A DNA stretch of 64,000 nt from Candidatus Aminicenantes bacterium (GTDB lineage Bacteria > Acidobacteriota > Aminicenantia > Aminicenantales > Saccharicenantaceae), in contig CAWJKR010000005.1 of the NCBI GenBank assembly GCA_963843505.1, positions 74,632 through 138,631 of the forward strand, given 5' to 3'. Below the pieces are notes generated by a model that worked only from the letters and a program-made list of their open reading frames with translations, searched no databases and was not told where the DNA came from. This document shows, in pieces, positions 42,686 to 52,182 of this stretch. Numbering within the stretch: the first letter of the stretch is position 1; each line of letters begins with the position of its first letter. A program made the translations under genes and the position numbers.

Positions 42686-44403
42686 GATTCGTTCTCCGTG
42701 GGACCGCGGCCCTTGGGCGCGGCGTCGCGGGGGGACGGGACCGGGTCGGCCGACAGGACCTGGGCCTTGAAGGTGTTCATGAAGAACTGGACGGCCGGGT
42801 CCTTCATGGCCGACTCGAGCTCCCGCCCGGGCTTGATGGGCCCGCCGCCGGTGGCGCTTTCCTCGGCGAAGCGGACCTTGATGTCCCGGCCCAGGACGTC
42901 GGAGGCCGCCTTTTCGACGGCGCGCACGTCCTTCTCCTGGATGCTGGTCACGAAGAAGCCCCGGCCGCTCCCGAAAAAGACCTCGAGGGCGTTGTCCCGG
43001 ACCATGACCGAGGAGTATTCCCCCAGGAGGGCGGCCAGAGGGGCCCTGTCGACGGCCAGCTTCTCGAGGACCCGGCCGAAGATGTCCTTTCCGGACGGGG
43101 CTTCCGGCTTGGGCGGGGCCGCGGGCTCGGACGGCGTTCGCTGCGGGCCCGGCTGAGGCCCGCCGCCCGGCGCGGGCCTCGAACCGGCGCCCGCCGGCGC
43201 GGTTTCCCTTGCCGGGGGCCCGGAGGGCCGGGCCGGCGCCGTCCGCTGGGGCGTCTCTTTGAGGGCTTCGACGTCCTTGATGAGCTCGCGCAGGGGGACG
43301 ATCTTGCGGAAGTGGCAGAGCTTGACGAGGAAGGCCTCGAAATAGATCCGCGGCATCGTCGAGTATCTCAGGCCCGCCTCCGCCTGCTGAAGGGCGAGGA
43401 GATAGCGGAGGTGGTCCTCCGGGCCGGCCTTGGCCGCCTCGTCCTTGAGGGCCTGGAGGCCTTCGGGGCTGACGGCGAGGAGGTCCTCGGGCTTTTCGAC
43501 CGAGCGGACGAGGAGCAGGGCCCGGAAATGCTCGATGAGCTTGCCGAATACGACGCGGAGGTCGTTGCCGGCCGCGACGACGTTCTCGACGAGGGGGAAG
43601 ACCTCTTCGGGCTTCTCGTCGAGGACGGCCGACGAGAAGCGGAAAAGGACGTCCTGGCCGATCGTCCCGAGGATCGTCTTGAGGTCCTCGTCGCCGATGT
43701 TCTCGCCGCTGAAGGCCACGGCCTGATCGAGGAGGCTCTGGGCGTCCCGCATGCTCCCGTCCGCCGCCTCGGCGATGAGGGCCAGCCCGGCGGGGGTGAT
43801 GGTGATGCCTTCCTTCTTGGTGATCTCCATGAGGTGGTTGATGATGTCCTTGTGGGAGATCTTGCGGAACTCGAAGTGCTGGCAGCGCGACACGATGGTC
43901 GCCGGGACCTTGGCGAACTCCGTCGTCGCGAAGATGAAGACCGTGTTCGGCGGCGGTTCCTCCAGGGTCTTCAGGAGGGCGTTGAAGGCGTGCGTCGAGA
44001 GCATGTGGACTTCGTCGATGATGAGGACCTTGGTGCGGGTGTAGGCGGGCTTGTACTTGACCATCTCCCGGATGGGCTCGATATCGTCGACCTGGCGGTT
44101 GGAGGCGCCGTCGATCTCGAGCACGTCGATGGCGCTCCCCTCATGAATGGCCTTGCAGAACTGGCAGGGATGGTCCTTGTCGGGGCAGGGGTGCGGCGTC
44201 GGCCCGTCGACGCAGTTCAGGGCTTTGGCCAGGATCCGGGCCACGGTCGTCTTGCCGGTCCCCCTGACGCCCGAGAACAGGTAGGCGTGGGCGATGCGGT
44301 TGGAGGAGATGGCGTTCTGGATGGTCCGGACAACGGACAGCTGCCCGACGACCTCCTCGAACTTCCAGGGCCTGTATTTCCGCGCGAATATCTCGTAAGA
44401 CAT
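42682..44403 (-). CDS. dnaX: DNA polymerase III subunit gamma/tau
   Basis: Intact 573-aa ORF. FARKYRPWKFEEVVGQ, HAYLFSGVRGTGKTT, zinc module CVDGPTPHPCPDKDHPCQFC, IIDEVHMLS, SRCQHFEF. Confidence 0.95.
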   Translation of the reverse strand: MSYEIFARKYRPWKFEEVVGQLSVVRTIQNAISSNRIAHAYLFSGVRGTGKTTVARILAKALNCVDGPTPHPCPDKDHPCQFCKAIHEGSAIDVLEIDGASNRQVDDIEPIREMVKYKPAYTRTKVLIIDEVHMLSTHAFNALLKTLEEPPPNTVFIFATTEFAKVPATIVSRCQHFEFRKISHKDIINHLMEITKKEGITITPAGLALIAEAADGSMRDAQSLLDQAVAFSGENIGDEDLKTILGTIGQDVLFRFSSAVLDEKPEEVFPLVENVVAAGNDLRVVFGKLIEHFRALLLVRSVEKPEDLLAVSPEGLQALKDEAAKAGPEDHLRYLLALQQAEAGLRYSTMPRIYFEAFLVKLCHFRKIVPLRELIKDVEALKETPQRTAPARPSGPPARETAPAGAGSRPAPGGGPQPGPQRTPSEPAAPPKPEAPSGKDIFGRVLEKLAVDRAPLAALLGEYSSVMVRDNALEVFFGSGRGFFVTSIQEKDVRAVEKAASDVLGRDIKVRFAEESATGGGPIKPGRELESAMKDPAVQFFMNTFKAQVLSADPVPSPRDAAPKGRGPTENES

Positions 44404-44506
44404 GGGTTTTCGGCCATCCGCGGAGGGGAGAGAGAAAGCGGCCTTTCTCCCCTGAAAAAGTAAAGTTTATCTTAGCACAATCCGGCCAAATAGCAAGGAA
44501 AAGGAA

Positions 44507-44512
44507 TATAAT
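44507..44512 (+). promoter_or_regulatory. TATAAT -10 box 6 nt upstream of the EamA GTG start
   Basis: Sequence GGAATATAATGACGCCGTG. It shares AATGACGCCG with the tRNA-fMet and zinc-ribbon promoters. No good -35 box is present. Confidence 0.35.
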
Positions 44513-44518
44513 GACGCC

Positions 44519-45379
44519 GTGCCGACGCGCTCCCGCAGCCTCGCCGAGATCCACCTGGCCGTCTTCCTCTTCGGCTTCCCCGGGCTGTTCGGAAAATGGC
44601 TGGCCCTGCCGCCGGAAGTCATCGTTTTCGGCCGGGTCCTCTTCGCCTGCCTGGCCCTGGGCGCGGTCATGGCCGCCGGCCGGCGCGCCTTCCGGATCTC
44701 GCCGCGGCGAGACCTCGTCCTCCTGGCCGTCTGCGGCGTCGTCCTGGCCGCGCACTGGACGATGTTCTTCAGATCCGTCCAGGTCTCCTCTGTCGCCGTG
44801 GGGCTTCTCGCCTATTCGAGCTTCCCGGTCTTCACGGCCTTTCTCGAGCCTCTCTTGGCCCGCGAGAGATGGGACCCGGCGAGCCTCATCTATGCCTTGC
44901 TCTGCGTCCTCGGGATCGCCCTCATCGTGCCGGGCTTCGATGTCTCGGACGCGGTCGTCCGCGGCGTCCTCTGGGGGCTCGGGGCCGGGCTGTCGTTCTC
45001 GCTGCTGTCCGTCCTCGACCGGTCGTTGGCGGCCCGCCACCCGAGCTTGACCGTGGCTTTCTATCAGGACCTGGTGGCCGCCGTCGTTCTCGCGCCGGCC
45101 GTCCTGCGCGCCGGACTCCCCCGCTCGGGGCGGGACTGGGCCCTCATCGCCGTCCTGGGCGTCGTCTGCACGGCGGCGGCGCACACCCTGTTCATCGAGG
45201 GCATGAAGGGGGTCGGGGCCAGGACGGCGAGCGTGCTGAGCTCGCTCGAGCCGGTTTACGGCATCATCCTCGCCCTGGCCCTCTTAAATGAAAGCCCCTC
45301 CCTGAGAACGGTCTCGGGAGGGGCCATTGTCCTTGCGGCGGCCCTGGCCGCGACGGTCCGGGCGGCGCGCCGGGCCTAG
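44519..45379 (+). CDS. EamA/DMT-family transporter
   Basis: Intact 286-aa ORF with ten hydrophobic segments in two repeated halves and an RhaT/EamA-like composition. Confidence 0.8.
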   Translation: MPTRSRSLAEIHLAVFLFGFPGLFGKWLALPPEVIVFGRVLFACLALGAVMAAGRRAFRISPRRDLVLLAVCGVVLAAHWTMFFRSVQVSSVAVGLLAYSSFPVFTAFLEPLLARERWDPASLIYALLCVLGIALIVPGFDVSDAVVRGVLWGLGAGLSFSLLSVLDRSLAARHPSLTVAFYQDLVAAVVLAPAVLRAGLPRSGRDWALIAVLGVVCTAAAHTLFIEGMKGVGARTASVLSSLEPVYGIILALALLNESPSLRTVSGGAIVLAAALAATVRAARRA

Positions 45380-46555
45380 CGCTTGTCGCCGGGCTTCCGG
45401 CGGACCGGCGTTCTCTTGGTCTTCTCTTCTTCGGCCTTCTGACGCTTGGCGAGCTCCGCCTTCTCCTGGTCGTGCTTCTTCTTCAGCTCGGCGGCCCGGG
45501 ACGCGGCCTGTTCGTCCACCTTCTTCTTCTCGACGGGATTCTGGACCTTGGCCTTCTCCTCGTCGGCCCTTCGCCGGACCTCATTGAGCTCGGTCTCCTG
45601 GCTCTCTCGCAGGAGCTGCTGTTCCTTGTTGTGGTCCTGGCGCAGGATCTCCTCTTCGTTGCGGGGCGCCCTGCGGTAGACGCGGCTCGTCGTTTCGCCG
45701 CTGATCTCCTTCTCGGCCTTGGCCTGGTCGACGACCTCCTTCGGCTTGGCCGCTTCGTTGCGCCGGATCACGGGCTTGGAGATAACGAGGTCGCTGCCCT
45801 CCTCCCGCTCGACGCCCGGGCGGGTCGCGTCCTTGAGGGAATAGCGCTCGACCGGCCGTTCGGTCTGGCGGCGGACGATGTCGGGATCGATGCCGTCGTT
45901 GATGACGCGCCGGTCACGCTCGTTGATGTTGACGCCGAACTCGGTCCTGTCGACGATCGTCCGGTTCCGTTCGATGGGCAGGACCCAGCGGTCGAGGCTC
46001 CGGTCCTGGAAATTCCTGCCGCGCACGAAATTCCAGTGATCATAGGGAATATCCCACTGGCGGCGCCCGAAGCCGCGACCGGGAATGAAGTCGGCCCCGG
46101 GCGGCAAGCGGCGCCCAGCCGATGTGCGCGTCGCCCCATCTCCAGGCCACCCAGGCCGGGCCCCAGAGGACATCGGGGACCCAGTACCAGCCGAGACCCC
46201 GGTCCCAGCCCCAGCGGCCGTAATGGAAGGCGATCCAGCCCCAGCGCTCGACCGAGACCCAGGTCCAGCCGTAGTCCGTCCAGGCCCAGCGCCCTCGGGA
46301 GTAGGGACGCCAGTTATAGCCGACGTTCCCGGGGACCCAGACATACCCGTACGGACGATAAGAAACCCAGAGTCCGTAAGGCTCGAGCTCGTCATAAAAG
46401 TAGGTGCTGTCGAGGTTGTCGTAGCGGTCGTTGTACCGTTCGTCGTTGACGCGGTCGGGATAATTGGATCCGTCATAAGGGACATACCTGATGCAGGACG
46501 TCCCGACCAGCACAACGAAAGCCGTAAAGAGCAGGAAGCCGATGGTTTTCTTCAT
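45376..46555 (-). CDS. YXWGXW-repeat lipoprotein with a Lys/Glu-rich C-terminal tail; one frame switch near 46110
   Basis: MKKTIGFLLFTAFVVLVGTSC (lipobox). Aromatic repeats follow (YGLWVSYRPYGYVWVPG, WAWTDYGWTWVSVERWGWIAFHYGRWGWDRGLGWYWVPD, WGPAWVAWRWG). Then ...ERNRTIVDRTEF... and a charged tail (EEKAKVQNPVEKKKVDEQ...KKKHDQEKAELAKRQKAEEEK). Confidence 0.75.
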
Positions 46556-46579
46556 CTTCGTCCTCCTGAAACGAGTTTA

Positions 46580-46595
46580 TGCAAGGAATATGCCA
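46580..46595 (-). promoter_or_regulatory. Sigma54 (-24/-12) promoter: TGGCATATTCCTTGCA
   Basis: Minus sense reads CTTGGCATATTCCTTGCATAAACTCGTTTCAGGAGGACGAAGATG. GG and GC have the exact consensus spacing (TGGCAC-N5-TTGCA). An SD and ATG 46555 follow. Confidence 0.6.
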
Positions 46596-46640
46596 AGTCT
46601 ATCCCCTGCCGTCCAAGAAGCGCCCATGGGGACCCGTCCT

Positions 46641-46665
46641 AAAAAAAGGACATCCGGAGCGTCCC
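46641..46665 (-). terminator. Candidate terminator after rocD
   Basis: Minus sense reads GGGAC-GCTCCGGAT-GTCCT followed by T7. The stem is weak and the U-run is strong. Confidence 0.45.
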
Positions 46666-46672
46666 GTTCGAC

Positions 46673-47878
46673 TCAGGCCAGTCTCTTGAAGACGGTCTTG
46701 ATGCGCTTGAGGGCCCAATTGAGGTCCTTGTCCCTGATGACCAAGGGCGGCGCGAAGCGGATGACGTTGTCGTGGGTCTCTTTGCAGAGCAGCCCTTCCT
46801 TCATCATCTCCTCGCAGAAGCGGCGGGCGCCGCCGGCCTCGGGATGGAGCTCGACGCCGATGAGCAGGCCCCGGCCGCGGACCGCCTTGATGTGCCGGCT
46901 GCGGACCTTGCGGAGCTTTTCCATGAAGGCGGCGCCGCGCTCGGCCGCGTTCGCGACCAGGTTCTCTTCCTTGATGACCCTCAGGCTTTCCCGGGCCACG
47001 GCGCAGGCGAGCGGATTGCCTCCGAACGTCGAGCCGTGCTCGCCGGGCTTGAAGACGCCCAGGATCTCCCGGTCGGCCACGACGGCCGAGACGGCGTAGC
47101 AGCCGCCGCCGAGGGACTTGCCGATGACGGTCATATCGGGCCGGACGCCTTCGAACTCGCAGGCGAAGAGCTTTCCCGTCCGGCCGAGCCCCGTCTGGAT
47201 CTCGTCGGCGATGAGAAGGACGCTGTTCTTTTTGCAGATCTCCGCGGCCTGACGAAGGTACCCGTCGGGCGGGATGAGGATGCCGGCCTCGGCCTGGATG
47301 GGTTCGACAAGGAAGGCGGCCGTTCTCGGCGTGATGGCCTTCTCCAGGGCTTCGATGTCGCCGAACGGGACGACCACGAAACCCGGCGTGAACGGGCCGA
47401 AATCCTGGCGGTAGAGGGGCTCGGTCGAGAAGCTGATGACCGTGACCGTGCGGCCGTGGAAGTTATTGGCGCAGACGATGATCTCGGCCTGGTCCTGGGG
47501 CACGCCCTTCTTCTGATAGGCCCACTTGCGGGCCGTCTTGACGGCCGTCTCGACCGCCTCGGCGCCCGAGTTCATCGGCAGGACCATCTCGTAGCCGGTC
47601 AGGTCGCAGAGCTCTTTGGCCAGCAGGGGCCACTGGTCGTTGCGGAAGGCCCGCGAGGTCAGGGTCAGCTTCCGGGCCTGATCGATGAGGGCCCGCACGA
47701 TGCGGGGGTGCCGGTGGCCCTGGTTGACGGCGGAGTAGGCGCTCAGAAAATCCAGGTACTTTTTGCCCTCGACATCATACATCCAGATGCCCTGGGCCTT
47801 GCTGATGACGACATCGAGCGGATGGTAATTGTGGGCGCCGTAAATGTCCTCGATCCGGATGAGGTCCTGGCTGTCCAT
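46673..47878 (-). CDS. rocD: Ornithine--oxo-acid aminotransferase
   Basis: Intact ORF. AAGGAG precedes ATG 47878. YGAHNYHPLDVVISKAQG, SAVNQGHRHPRIV, LIADEIQTGLGRTGK, GEHGSTFGGNPLA. Confidence 0.9.
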   Translation of the reverse strand: MDSQDLIRIEDIYGAHNYHPLDVVISKAQGIWMYDVEGKKYLDFLSAYSAVNQGHRHPRIVRALIDQARKLTLTSRAFRNDQWPLLAKELCDLTGYEMVLPMNSGAEAVETAVKTARKWAYQKKGVPQDQAEIIVCANNFHGRTVTVISFSTEPLYRQDFGPFTPGFVVVPFGDIEALEKAITPRTAAFLVEPIQAEAGILIPPDGYLRQAAEICKKNSVLLIADEIQTGLGRTGKLFACEFEGVRPDMTVIGKSLGGGCYAVSAVVADREILGVFKPGEHGSTFGGNPLACAVARESLRVIKEENLVANAAERGAAFMEKLRKVRSRHIKAVRGRGLLIGVELHPEAGGARRFCEEMMKEGLLCKETHDNVIRFAPPLVIRDKDLNWALKRIKTVFKRLA

Positions 47879-47907
47879 GCTATGGCTCCTTTGTGCTGAC
47901 GTGATGA

Positions 47908-47999
<92 letters not shown>

Positions 48000-48033
48000 G
48001 TTCCTATGGTTCCGGAATGCTTTGGAAAGGCCA

Positions 48034-48062
48034 ACCTTACCAAAAAAGCGTCGTTTGGTCAA
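48034..48062 (-). promoter_or_regulatory. Sigma70-type promoter for tRNA-Ser(GGA)/rocD (TTGACC-N17-TAAGGT)
   Basis: Minus sense reads TTGACCAAACGACGCTTTTTTGGTAAGGT, immediately after the hom stop. Confidence 0.45.
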
Positions 48063-48072
48063 CGCGCCGCGG

Positions 48073-49107
48073 TCAGAAGGGCGGGCGGAAGATGTTGATG
48101 ATGTCCTTGAGGAGGGCGGCGGCGGCGCCGCGGGGGTTGGAGCGGCCGCCGGTGACGGTCACCGAGCCCATGGAATCGGTGAGGAAGGTGATGCCCTTCT
48201 CGGTGCCGTTGACGTGGGCGAGCGGATGGGAGGCGTCGATGAGCGACGGCCGGACGTCGAGGCTCCAACGGTCGCCGCGGCGCCCCGGCGCGGCCGTGGC
48301 CAGGAGCTTGACGGACCGTCCTTCGCGGCTGGCGGAGCGGACGAAATCGGCGGCCAGGCCGGTGATGCCCGTGACGTGGACGTCCTTCAGGACGTAATCC
48401 GTGTCGAGGCAGGCGTTGGTGATGAGCAGGATCTTGCAGGCGCTGTCCCAGCCGCCGACGTCATGGGCCGGGTCGGGTTCGGCGATGCCCTTGTCCTGGG
48501 CCTCCTTGAGGGCCTCGCCGTAGTCCAGGCCTTCGCCCATGCGGGTCAGGATGTAGTTCGAGGTCCCGTTGAGGATGCCCTGGAGGCCTTCGATCCGCGC
48601 GCCGGCGAGCGAGAACAGGCCCACGTCGAGGGTCGGCAGGGCGGCGGCGGTGGCCCCGCTGAACTTGAGGGCCACGCCGTTCTCCGCGGCCAGGGCCTTG
48701 AGCGCCTTAAAGCCGACGACGAGGGCCCCCTTGCTCGCCGCGACGGCGTGCCAGCCGGCGCCGAGGGCCGAGGTGATGTAGGTCAGCCCCGGCTCGCCCG
48801 TCTCGAGGTCGGAGAGGGTGCATTCGACGAGGCAGCCGCCGCGGCCGTGCCGGGCGATGACGTCCGTGGCCCTCAGGCCCTCATGCCAGGCCGGGTTCCC
48901 CGAGGTCCAGGCCTCGCCGGCCCTCGAAACCTGCCGGGCGTCGAGAGGCCCGCCCGCATAGAAGCAGCCTTCCGCGCGGGCCACGGCCAGGATGTCGAGG
49001 CCCAGGCCGTAGCGGCGTTCGAGGTCTTCGGACTTCTCCCGGAGCAGGGAGAAGAAGGCCCGGCCGACATGGCCGAAGCCGGTGAGGACGAGGGGGACTC
49101 TCTTCAT
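48073..49107 (-). CDS. hom: Homoserine dehydrogenase family protein (no ACT domain)
   Basis: Intact 344-aa ORF. VLTGFGHVGRAF, GILNGTSNYILTRM, ALKEAQDKGIAEPDPAHDVGGWDSACKILLI. Confidence 0.8.
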   Translation of the reverse strand: MKRVPLVLTGFGHVGRAFFSLLREKSEDLERRYGLGLDILAVARAEGCFYAGGPLDARQVSRAGEAWTSGNPAWHEGLRATDVIARHGRGGCLVECTLSDLETGEPGLTYITSALGAGWHAVAASKGALVVGFKALKALAAENGVALKFSGATAAALPTLDVGLFSLAGARIEGLQGILNGTSNYILTRMGEGLDYGEALKEAQDKGIAEPDPAHDVGGWDSACKILLITNACLDTDYVLKDVHVTGITGLAADFVRSASREGRSVKLLATAAPGRRGDRWSLDVRPSLIDASHPLAHVNGTEKGITFLTDSMGSVTVTGGRSNPRGAAAALLKDIINIFRPPF

Positions 49108-49121
49108 GCTCGAGGTATCAA

Positions 49122-49213
49122 TGGCGGAGAGGGCGGGATTCGAACCCGCGATCCCAATTGCTCGAGATAACGGTTTTCGAGACCGTCGCCTTCAACCACT
49201 CGGCCACCTCTCC
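49122..49213 (-). tRNA. tRNA-Ser (CGA)
   Basis: GGAGAGGTGGCCGAGTGGTTGAAGGCGACGGTCTCGAAAACCGT...long variable arm...GCGGGTTCGAATCCCGCCCTCTCCGCCA. Confidence 0.95.
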
Positions 49214-49241
49214 GCGCTATCGGGTCGCAAAACGAAGGCCG

Positions 49242-49270
49242 ATTATAGCCGAAATCGTCATTTCTTTCTA
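49242..49270 (-). promoter_or_regulatory. Sigma70-type promoter for tRNA-Ser(CGA)/hom (TAGAAA-N17-TATAAT), overlapping the tadA stop
   Basis: Minus sense reads TAGAAAGAAATGACGATTTCGGCTATAATCGGCC. Confidence 0.45.
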
Positions 49271-49708
49271 CGGGCGCGAAAGAAGCCGCGGAGAAGAGCG
49301 GCGCTTTCTCCGGCCCGGATGCCGCCCGTGATCTCGGGCCGGTGGTTGAGGCGGGCGAAGGGGAACGTCATGGTTGACGAAACGGCCCCGGCCTTGGGAT
49401 CGGCGGCGCCGAAGACCAGACGGCGGAGCCGGGCCTGGACGATGGCGCCCAGGCACATGGCGCAGGGTTCGACGGTGACGTAGAGGTCGCAGTCGGGAAG
49501 CCGGTAGTTGCCGGCTTTTTTCGAGGCCCGGCGGATGGCGACGATCTCGGCGTGGGCCGTCGGGTCGGAGGACCCGACCGGCCTGTTCGAGCCCCGGGCG
49601 ACGATCTTCCCGTTCCTGACGACGACCGCCCCGACGGGCACCTCTCCCCTGCGCCGCGGCCTTGGCGGCTTCGGTCAGCGCGGCCTTCATGAGCCTGTCG
49701 TCGTCCAT
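49258..49708 (-). CDS. tadA: tRNA-specific adenosine deaminase; one frame switch near 49645
   Basis: MDDDRLMKAALTEAAKAAAQGE.VPVGAVVV..., DPTAHAEIVAIR, VTVEPCAMCLGAI. Confidence 0.9.
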
Positions 49709-49776
49709 GGCCGCACGATTTTACCCCGGACGTCCTCCTTCGCGCAATCCTCCGCGTCAGGACAGGGACGGCGGAC

Positions 49777-49804
49777 TTGCCCTGGGCCGATTTCGGTTTA
49801 TAAT
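49777..49804 (+). promoter_or_regulatory. Sigma70-type promoter for thrC (TTGCCC-N16-TATAAT)
   Basis: TTGCCCTGGGCCGATTTCGGTTTATAAT, followed by AAGGAG and ATG 49834. Confidence 0.5.
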
Positions 49805-49833
49805 ACCGGCCATCCGTTTCAAGGAGCCTGAGC

Positions 49834-51052
49834 ATGGACACTTTCGAATGCCTCGCCTGCGGGCCCCTGGCCTCGCGCGACCCCCACTCCCCTTTCTGCC
49901 CCGAATGCGGCGAGCCTCTCTTCGTCGCGCCGCCCGGCCGGCCCGGCGGCCGGCGCATCCTCGACGACAAGCCGCTGGCCCTCGAGCGCTTCGCCGAGTT
50001 CCTTCCTCTCGAGCGGATCGATCCCGCCTTGAGCCTCGGCGAAGGCACGACCCCGCTGCTCAAGCTCGACCGGATCGGGCGGTCCCTCGGCTTCGCCGGC
50101 CTCTACGCCAAGAACGAGGCCCAGAACCCGACCTCGAGCTTCAAGGACCGCGGCTCCGCCGTCGCGGTGCAGAAGGCCGTCTCGCTCGGCACGAAGCGGA
50201 TCGGGACCGTCTCGACGGGCAACATGGCCGCCTCGACGGCCGCCTACGGCGCCCGGGCCGGGCTCGAGACCTTTGTCCTGCTCAAGGAAGGGACTTCGGG
50301 GGCCAGCCTCCAGACCGCGGGCATCTTCGGCCCCCGGCTGGTCGCGGTCGCAGGGCGATTACGGTTCCCTCTTCAACGCCAGTCTTTCGATCGGCAAGAG
50401 GCTCGGCATCACCTTCATGAACTCGATCGATCCTTATCGAATGGAGGGCTACAAGCTCACGGCCTTCGAGATCTTCGTCCAGCTCGGCCGCCGCGCGCCG
50501 CGCACGGTCATCGTCCCGCTGAGCTCGGGCGGACATCTGCTCGGCCTCATGCGCGGCTTCGCCGATCTCGAGCGCGAGGGCTTCATCGGGGCCTATCCCC
50601 AGATCGTCGGGGTCCAGGCCGAGGGCTGCGCTCCCCTCGTCCACGCCTTCGACAAGGGCCTGTCGAAAGCCGAGCGGATACCGACGTCCCCCACGATCGC
50701 CCACGCCATCGCCAATCCGACCCCTCCGGCCGGCAACGCCGTCCTGCGGATGATCCGGGAGCGGGACGGACTGCTCCTGGCCGTGTCGGACGGGGAGATG
50801 CTCGAGGCCCAGCGCGAGCTGGCCGCGGACGAGGGCCTGTTCTGCCAGCCGGAATCGGCGACGACCCTCGCCGCCATGAAGAAGCTCACCGCCGCCGGCC
50901 GGGTCAAGAGCGGCGACGGCGGGGTCGTCCTCGTCCTGACCGGAAGCGGCCTCAAGACGCTCCACCTGCTGGCCTCGGAGCCGGTCGAGGTCCATCGCCT
51001 GTCCCTCGACGGGCTCGAGGCGGGCCTGGCCGGCCTGCGCCGCGGGGCCTAG
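49834..51052 (+). CDS. thrC: Threonine synthase (short type with N-terminal zinc ribbon); one frame switch near 50355
   Basis: MDTFECLACGPLASRDPHSPFCPECGEP, LGEGTTPLL, NEAQNPTSSFKDRGS (PLP lysine), STGNMAAS, ...PLSSGGHLLG, VLVLTGSGLK. Confidence 0.9.
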
Positions 51053-52129
51053 GCTCTTCTTGACCAGGTATTCGAAGATCTTGTCGCGGTTCGGGAAGAG
51101 GGCCGGCGTCCCTCCCGTATGGAGGAAAAGGACCTTGTCCGTCGGCTTGAAGAACCCCGTCTTGATCAGGTCCTTAAGGCCGATCATGGCCTTGGCCGTA
51201 TAGACGGGATCGAGCACGATGCCCTCTGTCTGGAAGACGAGCCGGATCGTCTCCGCGACGGCCTTGTCGACGGTCCCATAGCCCTGGCCCAGGTATTCGT
51301 CGAAGACCGTGACGTCGTCGGGCAGGATCCCGAGGCCGAGGCCCAAAGCCTCGTCCGTCGCCCGGGCGATCTCCAGGACGTCGTCGGAAAAAGGGCCCTT
51401 GGGGTCCGATACGCTGATGCCGATGATCCGGCAGGCCGGCGCCATGGCCTTGGCGCCGACGACGAGCCCGGCCTGCGTCCCGCCCGAGCCTGTCGAGTGG
51501 ACGATGAAATCGGGCTCCGTCCCCCCGCCGCTCCTGGTCTGTTCGAGGAGCTCGGCGAAGCCGGCGACATAGCTGATGGCGCCGAGCGGCTTGTCCATGT
51601 CGCCGCGGACGAGAGAGCCGCCGACCGGGACCAGGTACGGCCTGTGCCCTTCGGCCCTGACCTTCCGCCCCGCCTCCTCCAGGATGTCCATGGCCTGGGC
51701 CGCCTTGACGATGCGGCCCTTTTCTTTCTCGAGAAAGCGGATATCGGCGTCGAGGATGACGTCGAGGAGGACGTTGCCGTCGGCCGTGGCCGGCTGATCG
51801 GCGGGCTTGAAAAGCATCAGGATGGGCTTGATGCCGAAGGTCCGGGCCGCCGCCGCCGTCTGCATGCACCAGTTGGACTGGAGGCTGGCCCAAGTGATGA
51901 CGACGTCCGCCTTCTTCTCGAGCATGTCGGCGATGATGAACTCGAGCTTGCGCGACTTGTTGCCCCCGAAGGCCAAGCCCGTCAGGTCATCGCGCTTGAC
52001 GTAGATCTCCGGCCCGCCCAGGCGGGCCGATAGCCGCTCGAGCTTGCGGAACGGGGTCGGGCGGTGGATGATGTCGACGCGGGGAAAACGGTCGACGCGA
52101 TCGAGTATGTCCCGGGTCGTGTAGGCCAT
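51049..52129 (-). CDS. D-cysteine desulfhydrase / ACC deaminase family PLP enzyme; the stop is probably lost to a 1-nt shift in the last codons
   Basis: GGGAGG precedes ATG 52129. HRPTPFRKLERLS, KRDDLTGLAFGGNKSRKLEF, HSTGSGGTQAGL, LDPVYTAKAM, FLHTGGTPALF. The frame runs past the palindromic CCTAGG (51048-51053), where an out-of-frame TAG sits. Confidence 0.8.
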
Positions 52130-52182
52130 GATCGAACCTCCCTCGGATAGGTTAACATCCGAATAATCGTTTCGGGCCGGTC

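Noticed and set aside
42682-44403. Programmed -1 frameshift site in dnaX (tau/gamma)
   Set aside because: I found no A-AAA-AAG-type slippery heptamer in the coding strand. The ORF is uninterrupted.
44404-44518. SRP RNA (ffs) upstream of dnaX, as in many bacteria
   Set aside because: No SRP domain IV-like sequence is present. The region holds a candidate dnaX promoter (TTGCTA-N16-TAAGAT, minus sense), a leader hairpin (GGGGAGA...TCTCCCC, 44424-44450) and the EamA -10 box.
45376-45379. Convergent genes sharing palindromic stop codons (CTAG at 45376-45379; CCTAGG at 51048-51053)
   Set aside because: This is a trivial consequence of tight convergent packing. The second case is probably distorted by a 1-nt indel.
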